Source of the DNA: Geopsychrobacteraceae bacterium
GTDB taxonomy: Bacteria; Desulfobacterota; Desulfuromonadia; Desulfuromonadales; Geopsychrobacteraceae
Direction: 5' to 3'
Assembly (NCBI GenBank): GCA_963676795.2
Contig: CAXXTB010000002.1
Location: 2,368,001 to 2,432,000 of the forward strand
Length of the DNA: 64,000 nt
Below, piece by piece: positions 17,628 through 26,679 of this stretch. The position numbers were made by a program, and so were the translations under genes. The notes beneath the pieces are model-generated. The model made no database searches. It was not told where the DNA came from and saw only the letters and a list, made by a program, of their open reading frames with translations. Numbering within the stretch: position 1 is the first letter of the stretch; every line of letters starts with the position of its first letter.

Positions 17628-17648
17628 TTTACGCTTTGCAAAAGTAGA

Positions 17649-17698
17649 GGCAACGTAGCCCCGCAGACAGACACCCATTCTGTCCGGGGCTTTTTTTT
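17649..17698 (+). terminator. Leader terminator overlapped by an ANTAR-type hairpin (attenuator) upstream of nifV
   Basis: GGC-AACGTA-GCC hairpin (A1/G4 hexaloop) whose 3' arm overlaps the GCCCCG...CGGGGC-T8 terminator, 14 nt before the ATG. Confidence 0.7.
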
Positions 17699-17712
17699 GG
17701 GGAGGCAGCAAC

Positions 17713-18840
17713 ATGTCACGCACCGACACCACACAGATCATCATCGATGACACGACATTAAGGGACGGCGAACAGACCGCAGGCGTTGTCTTCAGTCTGG
17801 AAGAGAAACTGACGATCGCCCGCATGCTCGACGAGGTCGGAGTCGGTGAGATCGAGTGCGGCATCCCGGCCATGGGCAAAACCGAGCAGGAATCGATCAA
17901 AGCCATCCATGACCTGCACCTGAATGCCCGGCTGATCACCTGGAACCGGGCGCTGACCAGCGACATCGACGCTTCACTGAACTGCGGAGCCAGTGCGATC
18001 GAAATTTCCCTGCCGGTCTCCGACTTTCAGATCCGCAACAAGATCAACAAGGACCGGCTCTGGGTCAAGGACCAGTTGAAACGCATCCTCGATTACGCCG
18101 GTCGTCACAATCTCTATATTTCAGTCGGTGGAGAAGATTCGAGCCGGGCCGACCTGCATTTCCTGCTGGAGCTGATGAAGATTGCCGCAGAGGGAGGTGC
18201 TGCCCGCTTCCGCTTCTGCGATACCCTCGGCCTGCTCGATCCCTTCACGACCTACGAAAAAGTCCGTTTCCTGGTCTCCCAGGGAACGATTGACCTCGAG
18301 GTTCACTGCCATAACGATCTGGGTATGGCCACAGCCAACAGCATCGCCGGCATCCGCGCCGGAGCAAAATTTGTCAATACCACGGTCAACGGCCTGGGAG
18401 AACGGGCCGGCAATGCCGCCCTCGAAGAGGTCGTCATGGCGCTCAAACACAGCTGTGCACTCGACCCGGGGCTCGATACCTCCCGTTTTGTTGAACTCTC
18501 CCGCTATGTCGCCAAGGCCAGCGGGCGGGAGATCCCGGGCTGGAAAGCAGTGGTCGGAGAAAATATCTTTGCCCATGAATCCGGCCTGCATGCTGACGGC
18601 GTCATCAAGAATCCGGGCAACTATGAGGGGTTCGACCCGGCCGAGGTCGGCCTGACCAGGCAACTGGTCCTCGGCAAACATTCCGGAACCCACAGTTTGA
18701 CCCAGCGCCTTGAAGAGCTGAAGATCGATATAGCCCAGATCGAGGTCGAAAAACTATTGGCCCGGGTCCGGGATCTGGCCAGTCGTAACAAACGACCATT
18801 GAGCGATCAGGAACTCCTTCAACTCTGCAGGGCCGCCTGA
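17713..18840 (+). CDS. nifV: Homocitrate synthase
   Basis: [63 protein letters not shown]; no LeuA regulatory domain. Confidence 0.93.
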   Translation: MSRTDTTQIIIDDTTLRDGEQTAGVVFSLEEKLTIARMLDEVGVGEIECGIPAMGKTEQESIKAIHDLHLNARLITWNRALTSDIDASLNCGASAIEISLPVSDFQIRNKINKDRLWVKDQLKRILDYAGRHNLYISVGGEDSSRADLHFLLELMKIAAEGGAARFRFCDTLGLLDPFTTYEKVRFLVSQGTIDLEVHCHNDLGMATANSIAGIRAGAKFVNTTVNGLGERAGNAALEEVVMALKHSCALDPGLDTSRFVELSRYVAKASGREIPGWKAVVGENIFAHESGLHADGVIKNPGNYEGFDPAEVGLTRQLVLGKHSGTHSLTQRLEELKIDIAQIEVEKLLARVRDLASRNKRPLSDQELLQLCRAA

Positions 18841-19646
18841 TGCTTATCCAGACACTGACAGCTGAAGACTGGTCTGCCTTTGCCGACATGGCCTGTGCCG
18901 AAGGCTGGAAAGTTCCGCTCCACGAACAGCGCCTGTTCCAGAATCACTGGCAACCCTACTTTTTCGTTCTGAAAAAACAGGGCCGACAGCTGGGCTATAT
19001 CTCTGCCGTCGCCTATCGCAACAGTGGCTGGATCGGCAATCTGATTATTCATCCCAGTTTCAGAGGCCAGGGCTATGGGAACGAACTGCTCAGCTACGCA
19101 TTGGCATTTCTGGACCAGCCCCAGGTCGAACGGATCTGGCTCACGACAAACGAACAGAGTGTCCCCTTTTTTCGCAAAGCGGGATTCTCGGCACTCGACC
19201 GTATCGAGCGCTGGAGCGCACCGGGACTGGGATTGCAGACAGCAAAAGAATCGGGAGACCTTGACGACCTGATCTATCTCGATTTGCGCTGTTGGGGAGA
19301 GTCTCGAGAAGCGCTGCTGCGCACCTACAGTAACGATTCAACCGTGCTGCGCCATGGCACGACCATGGCCCTGCTGCAGAATGGACTGGGCTTCTATCAG
19401 CTCGGTCCCTGGTTAACCCGCGACCTCAACTCCCGCGACCTGCGGGCATTGCTTCAGGAGGCACGAGCCTTCACCCCCGCCGACAAGTCGGTACTCTGTG
19501 ATATCCTGCTCCCGGATGAACTCAACCTGGTCCTGCGTTCCTGCGGTTTCGAATGCATCGGCAGTTCCCTGCTCATGTGCCTCAGCCATGAACCTGTCAG
19601 TTTCAGGGGCGTTATCGCCCTCGCCAGCCTCGGCAGTATCGGCTGA
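18840..19646 (+). CDS. GNAT-family N-acetyltransferase
   Basis: GWIGNLIIHPSFRGQGYG acetyl-CoA motif; start overlaps the nifV stop. Confidence 0.85.
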   Translation: MLIQTLTAEDWSAFADMACAEGWKVPLHEQRLFQNHWQPYFFVLKKQGRQLGYISAVAYRNSGWIGNLIIHPSFRGQGYGNELLSYALAFLDQPQVERIWLTTNEQSVPFFRKAGFSALDRIERWSAPGLGLQTAKESGDLDDLIYLDLRCWGESREALLRTYSNDSTVLRHGTTMALLQNGLGFYQLGPWLTRDLNSRDLRALLQEARAFTPADKSVLCDILLPDELNLVLRSCGFECIGSSLLMCLSHEPVSFRGVIALASLGSIG

Positions 19647-19715
19647 TTGTTCGCAAAAAATCAGCCGTCTCATCATAACCACACAAAATCGATAAACTTC
19701 TCCCCGACTTTTTTG

Positions 19716-19783
19716 TGCATATGCAAATTAACCATTGACATGCCAGCGTTCCGTCTCTATGCTCCACTTTAGTGCATATGCAC
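19716..19783 (+). promoter_or_regulatory. Sigma-70 promoter flanked by two TGCATATGCA palindromic operators
   Basis: TTGACA(19735)-17 nt-TATGCT(19758); palindromes at 19716-19725 and 19772-19783 (GTGCATATGCAC). Confidence 0.75.
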
Positions 19784-19807
19784 AGAATTGCAGCAACGGA
19801 GAAGGAC

Positions 19808-20017
19808 ATGCCAGGTCAAGATGGAACCGGCCCACTCGGCCAGAAACAGGGAAGAGGTTATGGCCGTCGCAACGTAAACGCGGGTCAACCCCAAACGGGC
19901 TTCGGCAACGGCCGTAATTGCCGGCACTCCCCAGACTCCGAACCGGGCACAAACGGCGTCGGCCGATCAGCACAGCCCATACCAGCCGACCAAAAACGCA
20001 ACTGGACAGGGTCCTGA
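19808..20017 (+). CDS. Small Gly-rich protein with DUF5320-like N-terminus
   Basis: MPGQDGTGPLG..GRGYG start, GGAG RBS, leads the NifB/NifX operon. Confidence 0.55.
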   Translation: MPGQDGTGPLGQKQGRGYGRRNVNAGQPQTGFGNGRNCRHSPDSEPGTNGVGRSAQPIPADQKRNWTGS

Positions 20018-20048
20018 TAACCATAAACAAACAACGGAGAAACCCAGA

Positions 20049-20789
20049 ATGATCATTGCCATTACCGCACAAGAACCATCCCTGCAGGCCGAAATCGATC
20101 CACGCTTTGGCCGCGCCGCTTACTTCATGATCGCAGACAGTATTACCGGCCAGGTCCGCGCCCATGACAACAGTGCCGGAGTCGAGGCCAGCAACGGCGC
20201 AGGAACATCGGCAGCCCAACTGCTGGCTGATGCCGGTGTCAACATCCTCTACACCGGCAAAGTCGGCCCCAAGGCGGCTGAAGTCCTGAACAAAGCCGGC
20301 ATTGTCTATCATGAAGATATCACCGGCACCGTTGAGGCCGTTCTCGATGGCCTGGCCCAGGATATCAGCACCCAGCAACAGGCCGGCGGCCAGGCGGCAA
20401 CTGTCGAACCGCCGGAAGACGGCGCACTGCGCCTCGCGGTTCCTGCCGATAGTGACACAGGACTGCAGTCGACCCGCTCCGGTCACTTCGGGCGGTGCAA
20501 CTACTACACCCTGATCGACATCAAAGACAACCAGATCGTCAAGATCACGCCATTGAAAAACGGCGGGCACACCCAAGGCGGCTGTTTTGCCCCGGTCATG
20601 CTCTTAAGCGGCAATCACGTCACCAAACTGGTTGTTGCCGGCATCGGCGGCCGTCCATTGCAGGGCTTCCGCGCCAACGGTATTGAAGTCTATTTCGGCG
20701 GCGGCAACACCGTTGAAGAAACCCTCAACCTCTACCTCAACGACCAGCTCAGCCCCTTGAGCGACGACCAGGTCTGCGGCGCCCACTAA
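20049..20789 (+). CDS. Tandem NifB/NifX-family (orange protein/MTH1175-like) domain protein
   Basis: Two repeats: IDPRFGRAAYF...GAG...VGPKA and SGHFGRCNYY...HTQGGC...GIGGRP. Confidence 0.88.
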   Translation: MIIAITAQEPSLQAEIDPRFGRAAYFMIADSITGQVRAHDNSAGVEASNGAGTSAAQLLADAGVNILYTGKVGPKAAEVLNKAGIVYHEDITGTVEAVLDGLAQDISTQQQAGGQAATVEPPEDGALRLAVPADSDTGLQSTRSGHFGRCNYYTLIDIKDNQIVKITPLKNGGHTQGGCFAPVMLLSGNHVTKLVVAGIGGRPLQGFRANGIEVYFGGGNTVEETLNLYLNDQLSPLSDDQVCGAH

Positions 20790-20901
20790 CCCCAGTCTGC
20801 GCAGCACAGCGGTTCTTTGCCCTGGCCACCGATAGCTCAGTGGCCAGGGCATCTGAATAGCGAATTTCACCCACACCTGAAAAAAGAGACAGGGTATTTC
20901 A

Positions 20902-21729
20902 ATGATCATCTCAGTTGTCAGTGGCAAAGGCGGCGCCGGCAAGACGACGCTCGCCCTGTCTCTGGCCCAGAGTTTTAATGCTCAACTCTACGACCTCGAT
21001 GTCGATGCTCCGAACAGCGAATATTTTCTCCAGTTGCAGGAAGCGACTGCCGAACCGGTCACCCAGATCCTGCCGCACTTTTCTACGGAACTCTGTAACG
21101 GCTGCGGTATCTGCACCAAAGAATGCCGATTCAACGCGCTCTATAAGATTGCCGGCACGGTTTACCTGACCGACACCCTCTGCCACGGCTGCGGCCTCTG
21201 TGAAATGGTCTGTCCTCAGCGGGCGATCAGCTATCAGCCTGAAGAGATCGGAAAAATGCGCCGGGCGGTCTCTCCCGTCACCGGTGCCCAGGTCACCATC
21301 GGCGATCTGAAAATCGGCTCGGCGCGCAGCACCTTCCTGATTCAGCAGCTGATTGAGACCATTGACAAGGCGCCCCTGACCATCATTGACGGCCCGCCCG
21401 GCAATTCCTGCGCCGCCGTTGCGGCGATCGAGCCGGCCGACCTGGTTGTGCTGGTCGCCGAACCGACTCCCTTCGGCTTTCATGACATGTGCCAGACCGA
21501 AGAGATCCTTAAGAAACTGAATAAGCGCTACCTCATCATTGCCAACAAGGCCAACAGCAGTGAAGCGACAGCCCAATTGTTCAAGGATCGCACCCACAAG
21601 CCGCAGATGGTCATCCCTCTTGACGACCGCTACCATCAGGCCAACCTGAACGGCCAGGTTCTCAGTCAAATTTTTCCTGAAATCCAGCAGCAGCTCACTG
21701 AGCTGATCGGCCCGGAGATCAAAGTATGA
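20902..21729 (+). CDS. MinD/ParA-like P-loop ATPase with 2x[4Fe-4S] ferredoxin insert
   Basis: SGKGGAGKTT, DLDVDAPN, CNGCGICTKEC and CHGCGLCEMVCP, DGPPG.SC, EPTPFG.HD. Confidence 0.92.
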   Translation: MIISVVSGKGGAGKTTLALSLAQSFNAQLYDLDVDAPNSEYFLQLQEATAEPVTQILPHFSTELCNGCGICTKECRFNALYKIAGTVYLTDTLCHGCGLCEMVCPQRAISYQPEEIGKMRRAVSPVTGAQVTIGDLKIGSARSTFLIQQLIETIDKAPLTIIDGPPGNSCAAVAAIEPADLVVLVAEPTPFGFHDMCQTEEILKKLNKRYLIIANKANSSEATAQLFKDRTHKPQMVIPLDDRYHQANLNGQVLSQIFPEIQQQLTELIGPEIKV

Positions 21730-22592
21730 AACCGAAGCAGATTGCCCTTTTAAGCGGCAAGGGGGGCGCAGGCAAGACCTCCGTCACCGCCGCCCTGATC
21801 AAACTTTTCGATGAGGTTGTCGCCGTCGATGCAGACGTCAACGCATCCAACCTGCCGATTCTGCTTCAGCCTGAAAAACTCAAGCAGAGTGATTACTACG
21901 CGATGGATGTCGCAGCGATTGATGCGACCAGCTGCACCAACTGTGGAATATGCATCGCAACCTGTCACTTCTCGGCGATCCGCTCCGGCAAGCCTGGCGC
22001 TGTCCCCGTTGTTCATGGTTGTGAAGGCTGCGCCAGCTGCGCCTTCGTCTGCCCGCAGCAGGCGATCAGCATGGTTCCCCACCAGGCCGGAGTCTGGTAT
22101 CAGAGCCGGATGAATAACGGCATGATGCTCCACGCCGACCTGTTCCCCGGCGAAGATAACAGCGGAAAACTGATCAGCAAAATCCGAAACGAAGCAGCTG
22201 CGGTTGCAAAAGAGCGGCAGATTCCCTACATTGTCATTGACGGGCCACCGGGCACCAGCTGCCAGGCTATATCATCGATCACCGGGGTCGATCTGGTTGT
22301 CGCGGTCGTCGAGGAAAGCCTTTCCGGCCTGTCCGACTACCGGCGGCTGGCGGGATTGCTGGAAAAATTTCGACTCAGACACCTGGTGGTTATCAACAAG
22401 GCCGGCTTCAGTACCGAGATCAATCGTCAGATCAGAACCAGCGCGGCGGAGTTCGGCTCTGAGGTTTTCTGCAGCCTGCCGTTTGACCGGGCCATCCCTG
22501 AGGCATTGCAAAACTTGCAAAGTCTGGCCGAAATAGACGAATATAGAGAAACGATAAAGAACCTGCTCACTGAACTTAAAAAGTACCCGTAA
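21726..22592 (+). CDS. Second MinD/ParA-like P-loop ATPase with 2x[4Fe-4S] insert
   Basis: SGKGGAGKTS, DADVNASNL, CTNCGICIATC, CEGCASCAFVCP, PGEDNSGKL, DGPPGTSC. Confidence 0.92.
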   Translation: MKPKQIALLSGKGGAGKTSVTAALIKLFDEVVAVDADVNASNLPILLQPEKLKQSDYYAMDVAAIDATSCTNCGICIATCHFSAIRSGKPGAVPVVHGCEGCASCAFVCPQQAISMVPHQAGVWYQSRMNNGMMLHADLFPGEDNSGKLISKIRNEAAAVAKERQIPYIVIDGPPGTSCQAISSITGVDLVVAVVEESLSGLSDYRRLAGLLEKFRLRHLVVINKAGFSTEINRQIRTSAAEFGSEVFCSLPFDRAIPEALQNLQSLAEIDEYRETIKNLLTELKKYP

Positions 22593-22626
22593 CCTGCGGG
22601 TCAAAACCATAACAAGAGGATTCTTG

Positions 22627-23850
22627 ATGAACGCAGTACAGATTACTGACGGCATTTATTGTTTGCCAGTCAATCTCGAAAGCTATCAGCTGTTTGAAGG
22701 AATGTGGCCGATGCCGAACGGCATCTCGATCAATGCCTACATCGTCAAAGGTGAAAAAACGGCCCTGATCGACCTGATTGAAGACATCAAAGGAAAGCCC
22801 GCCGATTTTGAACGCGAACTCGCGTCAATCTCCATCGAACCGGAAAAGATCGATTACCTGATCATCAATCATATGGAACCGGATCATACCAGCTGGCTGC
22901 CCAAACTGCATCAACGCAATCCGAACCTGAGGATCTACAGTACCGCCAAAGCCGCCGCCATGCTCAAAAACTTCTACGACATCGACACCAATGTCGTGAC
23001 CATCAAAGACGGCGACACCCTCGACCTCGGCCAGGGCAAGGTCCTGACCTTCTTTGAGACCCCCAACATCCATTGGCCGGAAACCATGATGACCTACGAG
23101 CAGAGCAGCGGCACCCTCTTCTCCTGCGACGGTTTCGGCTCCTACGGTACCCTTAACGGGGTCTATTTTGACGATCAGCTGTCAACCACCCAGCACAGCT
23201 TCTTCAGCAACGAAGCGCTGCGCTACTACGCCAATATCGTCTCCAGCTTTTCGACCTTTGTCACCAAGGCGATCGACCGCCTGAACAGTCTCGACATCAA
23301 GGTCATCGCCCCCTCACACGGCATCATCTGGCGCGAAAACCCGCAGGCGATCATCGATTCCTACGCCCGGCTGGCTTCCTACCAGAACGGTCCGGCCGAA
23401 CCGGAAGTCACCGTCATCTGGTCGAGCATGTACGGCAACACCGAAAAGCTGGTCAACAGTATCGTCCAGGGTGTCCGCAAGGAAGGGCTGCCGGTTCATG
23501 TCTACCGCGTACCTGACGAGCACGTCGGCGGCATCCTCGCCTCCGCCTGGAAATCGGCCGGACTGATCCTCGGCATGCCGACCTACGAATACGAGATGTT
23601 CCCGCCGATGGCCTGGGTTCTCGACATGTTCAGGCGCAAGAAGGTCTGGAACAAAAAGGTCCTGCGCTTCGGCTCGGCCGGCTGGTCAGGGGGCGCGCAG
23701 CGGGAATTGACCGCTCTGACCGAAAAACTCAAGTGGGATTTTCTCGAGCCGATCGAGTGGATGGGAAAACCGTCTGAAGAAGATCTGCAGCGGGCCATGG
23801 AGCAGAGTCAGGCGCTGGCCCGCTCCGTCAAGGAATACTGTAGCAAATGA
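22627..23850 (+). CDS. fprA: FprA-family flavodiiron protein (O2/NO reductase)
   Basis: NHMEPDH, HWPETM, SCDGFG, PSHG diiron ligands; flavodoxin domain SMYGNT, FGS.GWSGG. Confidence 0.92.
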   Translation: MNAVQITDGIYCLPVNLESYQLFEGMWPMPNGISINAYIVKGEKTALIDLIEDIKGKPADFERELASISIEPEKIDYLIINHMEPDHTSWLPKLHQRNPNLRIYSTAKAAAMLKNFYDIDTNVVTIKDGDTLDLGQGKVLTFFETPNIHWPETMMTYEQSSGTLFSCDGFGSYGTLNGVYFDDQLSTTQHSFFSNEALRYYANIVSSFSTFVTKAIDRLNSLDIKVIAPSHGIIWRENPQAIIDSYARLASYQNGPAEPEVTVIWSSMYGNTEKLVNSIVQGVRKEGLPVHVYRVPDEHVGGILASAWKSAGLILGMPTYEYEMFPPMAWVLDMFRRKKVWNKKVLRFGSAGWSGGAQRELTALTEKLKWDFLEPIEWMGKPSEEDLQRAMEQSQALARSVKEYCSK

Positions 23851-23927
23851 CCTCAGTGATTGGTTGCCAGTCACTGAGATTTCAGATTTGAAATTTCATA
23901 TTTCAAAAAAATTCGGGGAAGCTGGGA

Positions 23928-24125
23928 ATGGGTGAGGAAAAAAGTCCGTGGATCTGTCACGTGTGCGATCACAGGTCAACGGTTGGCGAAGGGTTGGTCT
24001 GCAGTGTCTGTTACAAGCTGACCTGCCCAGAGCATATCACAACAACCTCTGTCTACAATCCTGACATCGGCCTCTATGAACTGAAACTGGTCTGTGTCGC
24101 CTGCCAGTTCCTGAAGAATCTTTAG
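23928..24125 (+). CDS. Small Cys-rich putative zinc-finger protein
   Basis: CHVC, CSVC, CPEH and CVAC motifs in 65 aa; fills the gap between fprA and the SUI1 gene. Confidence 0.7.
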   Translation: MGEEKSPWICHVCDHRSTVGEGLVCSVCYKLTCPEHITTTSVYNPDIGLYELKLVCVACQFLKNL

Positions 24126-24137
24126 CGGATAGATAAG

Positions 24138-24497
24138 ATGAAAAACAGCAACAACAGACTGGTCTATTCCGACAGTCTCGGCAAAATCTGCCCTGAATGC
24201 CAACAGCCGGTCAAACAGTGTCGCTGCAACAAGAAGCAGGCATCGGCCCAACCTTCCGACGGCATTGTCCGGATCACCCGGGAAACCAAGGGGCGCAAAG
24301 GCAAAGGAGTCACTCTGATCAGCGGCGTTCCACTGGCTGGCGAAGAGCTGAAGGCCTTTGCCAAAACTCTGAAACAGAAGTGCGGGACCGGCGGAACCCT
24401 CAAGGACGGAATTATCGAAATCCAGGGAGATCACCGCGATCTGCTCCTGGGCCTGCTTCAACAGCAGGGGTGGACAGTGAAAAAAGCGGGCGGTTAA
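24138..24497 (+). CDS. yciH: Translation initiation factor SUI1 homolog
   Basis: DGIVRI.RETKGRKGKGVT, LKQKCGTGGT.KDG.IEIQGD.R, K.AGG. Confidence 0.95.
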   Translation: MKNSNNRLVYSDSLGKICPECQQPVKQCRCNKKQASAQPSDGIVRITRETKGRKGKGVTLISGVPLAGEELKAFAKTLKQKCGTGGTLKDGIIEIQGDHRDLLLGLLQQQGWTVKKAGG

Positions 24498-24514
24498 CCG
24501 CTTTAGGCGTCCCG

Positions 24515-25621
24515 TTAGACCAACCGCACCCGGGCGAACCCACCCCGCTCGGTATTCAGATTGGTGACCTGCCCCTGATAAACCCTGGCGACGACGCCAA
24601 GCAGTTTATCGCGATAGACGTAGAGCCGGATATCGACCTTAAAATCTTCCCCCTCCGAAGTTACGACCGAAGGGGGAACGACCTGCTGGACAAGGGTTGT
24701 TTCCGGTTCCAACTCGGCAAACCGTTTGCGCGAGACCGACTTGCCCATCAGCACACCGCGCCCCCCGAAGCGGCTGACCGGCTTAAAAATGGAATCCTTG
24801 CGTTCTGCCCAGACCGTATCAGGATCGAGATCCTTGAGCAGGCGGCTTTGCGGGACACAGCTTGCGAGCAGACGGCGATCGTTATCGGTCAACCCAAGAG
24901 CGGCCAGATAAGCCGCATCAGACCAGAGGATCATGCGGCGCTTGTCGGCCAGCAGGCCGTAGGCAAAGGGGTTGGGCGACAGACACACCTGCCTGGCCAG
25001 ATAAGCCGTGCGGATAGCCCCCATGACCTCATCTTCCAGATAGAAATCACAGTGTCTGTTGTAGATCAGGTCGATCTGCCCCGATTTTCCATAGAGCCCC
25101 CCCTCCTGAACCAGCAACTCTTCCGGAGCGAGAATCTCAACCTCCAGCCCCTGCTGCACAAGCCATGTGGCGATAAATTCCATCTCAACATAGAGGGGCT
25201 GATTTTTGGGCTCCTCATCGACAATGGCAACCCGCCGCAACGACCTGATCTCCTCACCACAGAAGGAGCGCCAGTCGCTCAGCAGACTTCCAAGAAAGCG
25301 CTTTTTGAAGCGCTCGGTATCAACAGCCCCACTATCGCCACCGCCGGCAAGCTCCGTCTGCAGCGTCATATAGGTACCGCCAGCATTGGTATTGACCTCG
25401 ATCAGCTTGGGACCTGCGTCACTTAAGTGAAAATCGTAGCCCATCATCAGCGAACCGTGCCCGGGATCGAATCTGGCCGTCTCCGGCAATTCGGAAAACA
25501 CTGCCTGACGATACTCAGGGTTCTGACTCAACCGATAGAGAGCCCTGACCAGACGCAACATCTGACGGAAATCGGAGCGGGTTACCGAAATGGGGATCTG
25601 GCTAATGAGGTTGTCCGACAT
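24515..25621 (-). CDS. Uncharacterised ATP-grasp-like ligase (circularly permuted type)
   Basis: GYDFHL....PKLIEVNTNAGG, DLIYNR, FKP...FGGRGV, LVQQ.VPP, KVDIR.Y, ARVYQGQ.TN...GGF. Confidence 0.65.
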   Translation of the reverse strand: MSDNLISQIPISVTRSDFRQMLRLVRALYRLSQNPEYRQAVFSELPETARFDPGHGSLMMGYDFHLSDAGPKLIEVNTNAGGTYMTLQTELAGGGDSGAVDTERFKKRFLGSLLSDWRSFCGEEIRSLRRVAIVDEEPKNQPLYVEMEFIATWLVQQGLEVEILAPEELLVQEGGLYGKSGQIDLIYNRHCDFYLEDEVMGAIRTAYLARQVCLSPNPFAYGLLADKRRMILWSDAAYLAALGLTDNDRRLLASCVPQSRLLKDLDPDTVWAERKDSIFKPVSRFGGRGVLMGKSVSRKRFAELEPETTLVQQVVPPSVVTSEGEDFKVDIRLYVYRDKLLGVVARVYQGQVTNLNTERGGFARVRLV

Positions 25622-25629
25622 CCCGCCCC

Positions 25630-26658
25630 CTATTCAAAAGAATTGATCCGCCGGATAAAGGCATTCAAAAGACCATAACTGCGCCGGTTGAACTCCAGGA
25701 CCAGACGCGGCAAGTCAGCCAGATCGGGCTGGTCCCCCTCTTCCGGCAGCGCACTGTTCAGGCGCATACTGCCACCGGGAGCGAGAATCTCGCTGAACTC
25801 GCTCATCAGGATATCGACCTGCTCCTCATCGAGTTTGCGATTGAGACGAATGACCATCTTGTCCCTGACAAAGCGCATGGAATGGTAGCAGCGATAAAAA
25901 TCCTCTATGACCTTCACTGCTTCGACCGGATCGCGGGTGATAGTAAAGAGACCGAAATCTTCACCGGAAATCAGTCCGCGTTTGAACAGGCTGTCGCGGG
26001 TGAATTCCAGCCAATCCTCCCAGTAACCGCCCTCATCATCGATCATGACCAGCGGAATCGGCGGGTTCTTGCCGGTCTGAATCAGGGTCATCGCCTCCAT
26101 CGCTTCGTCCATGGTTCCGAAACCACCCGGAAACAGGGCCACGGCATGAGCTTCCTTGAGAAAGGCAACCTTGCGGTTGAAAAAATATTTATAGGTAATG
26201 ACCTTGTCATCCTCGTGCATGACCGGGTTGGTGTCCTGTTCGAAAGGCAACTGGATATTGACAGCAAAGGAATTTTCGACCCCGGCACCTTCGTTACCAG
26301 CCAGCATGATCCCCGGCCCGCCACCGGTGATGACCATATAGTCCCGCTCAGCCAGCATACGGGAAAAGGTCACGCACTTCTGATAGATTGCCTCTTCCGG
26401 AGCGGTTCTGGCGCTGCCAAAAACCGTAACCTTGCGTCTGTGGCGATAGGGGGCGAAGATCTTGTTGGTATAGCGCATCTCCTTCATGGTCGTGCGCATC
26501 AACTTCTGGTCAGCCAGATAGTCGTTCTCCTGCCCTGACTTGAGAGCGCTGATAATCATTTCACGGATCATCCCGGGATGATAAACCTTTGTTTCAGCCA
26601 GCAAACGATCGATCAGATCGTCAATCTCACCATTGCGACGTTCAAAACTTAACGACAT
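25630..26658 (-). CDS. LOG-family (TIGR00730-like) nucleotide phosphoribohydrolase
   Basis: VTVFGSAR, ITGGGPGIM, KYFFNRK, PGGFGTMDE. Confidence 0.9.
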   Translation of the reverse strand: MSLSFERRNGEIDDLIDRLLAETKVYHPGMIREMIISALKSGQENDYLADQKLMRTTMKEMRYTNKIFAPYRHRRKVTVFGSARTAPEEAIYQKCVTFSRMLAERDYMVITGGGPGIMLAGNEGAGVENSFAVNIQLPFEQDTNPVMHEDDKVITYKYFFNRKVAFLKEAHAVALFPGGFGTMDEAMEAMTLIQTGKNPPIPLVMIDDEGGYWEDWLEFTRDSLFKRGLISGEDFGLFTITRDPVEAVKVIEDFYRCYHSMRFVRDKMVIRLNRKLDEEQVDILMSEFSEILAPGGSMRLNSALPEEGDQPDLADLPRLVLEFNRRSYGLLNAFIRRINSFE

Positions 26659-26679
26659 GACAAATTCCTCCGAAAATCA

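Noticed and set aside
24197..25426. 409-aa plus-strand ORF
   Set aside because: Off-frame to yciH and antisense to the ATP-grasp gene; no motifs.
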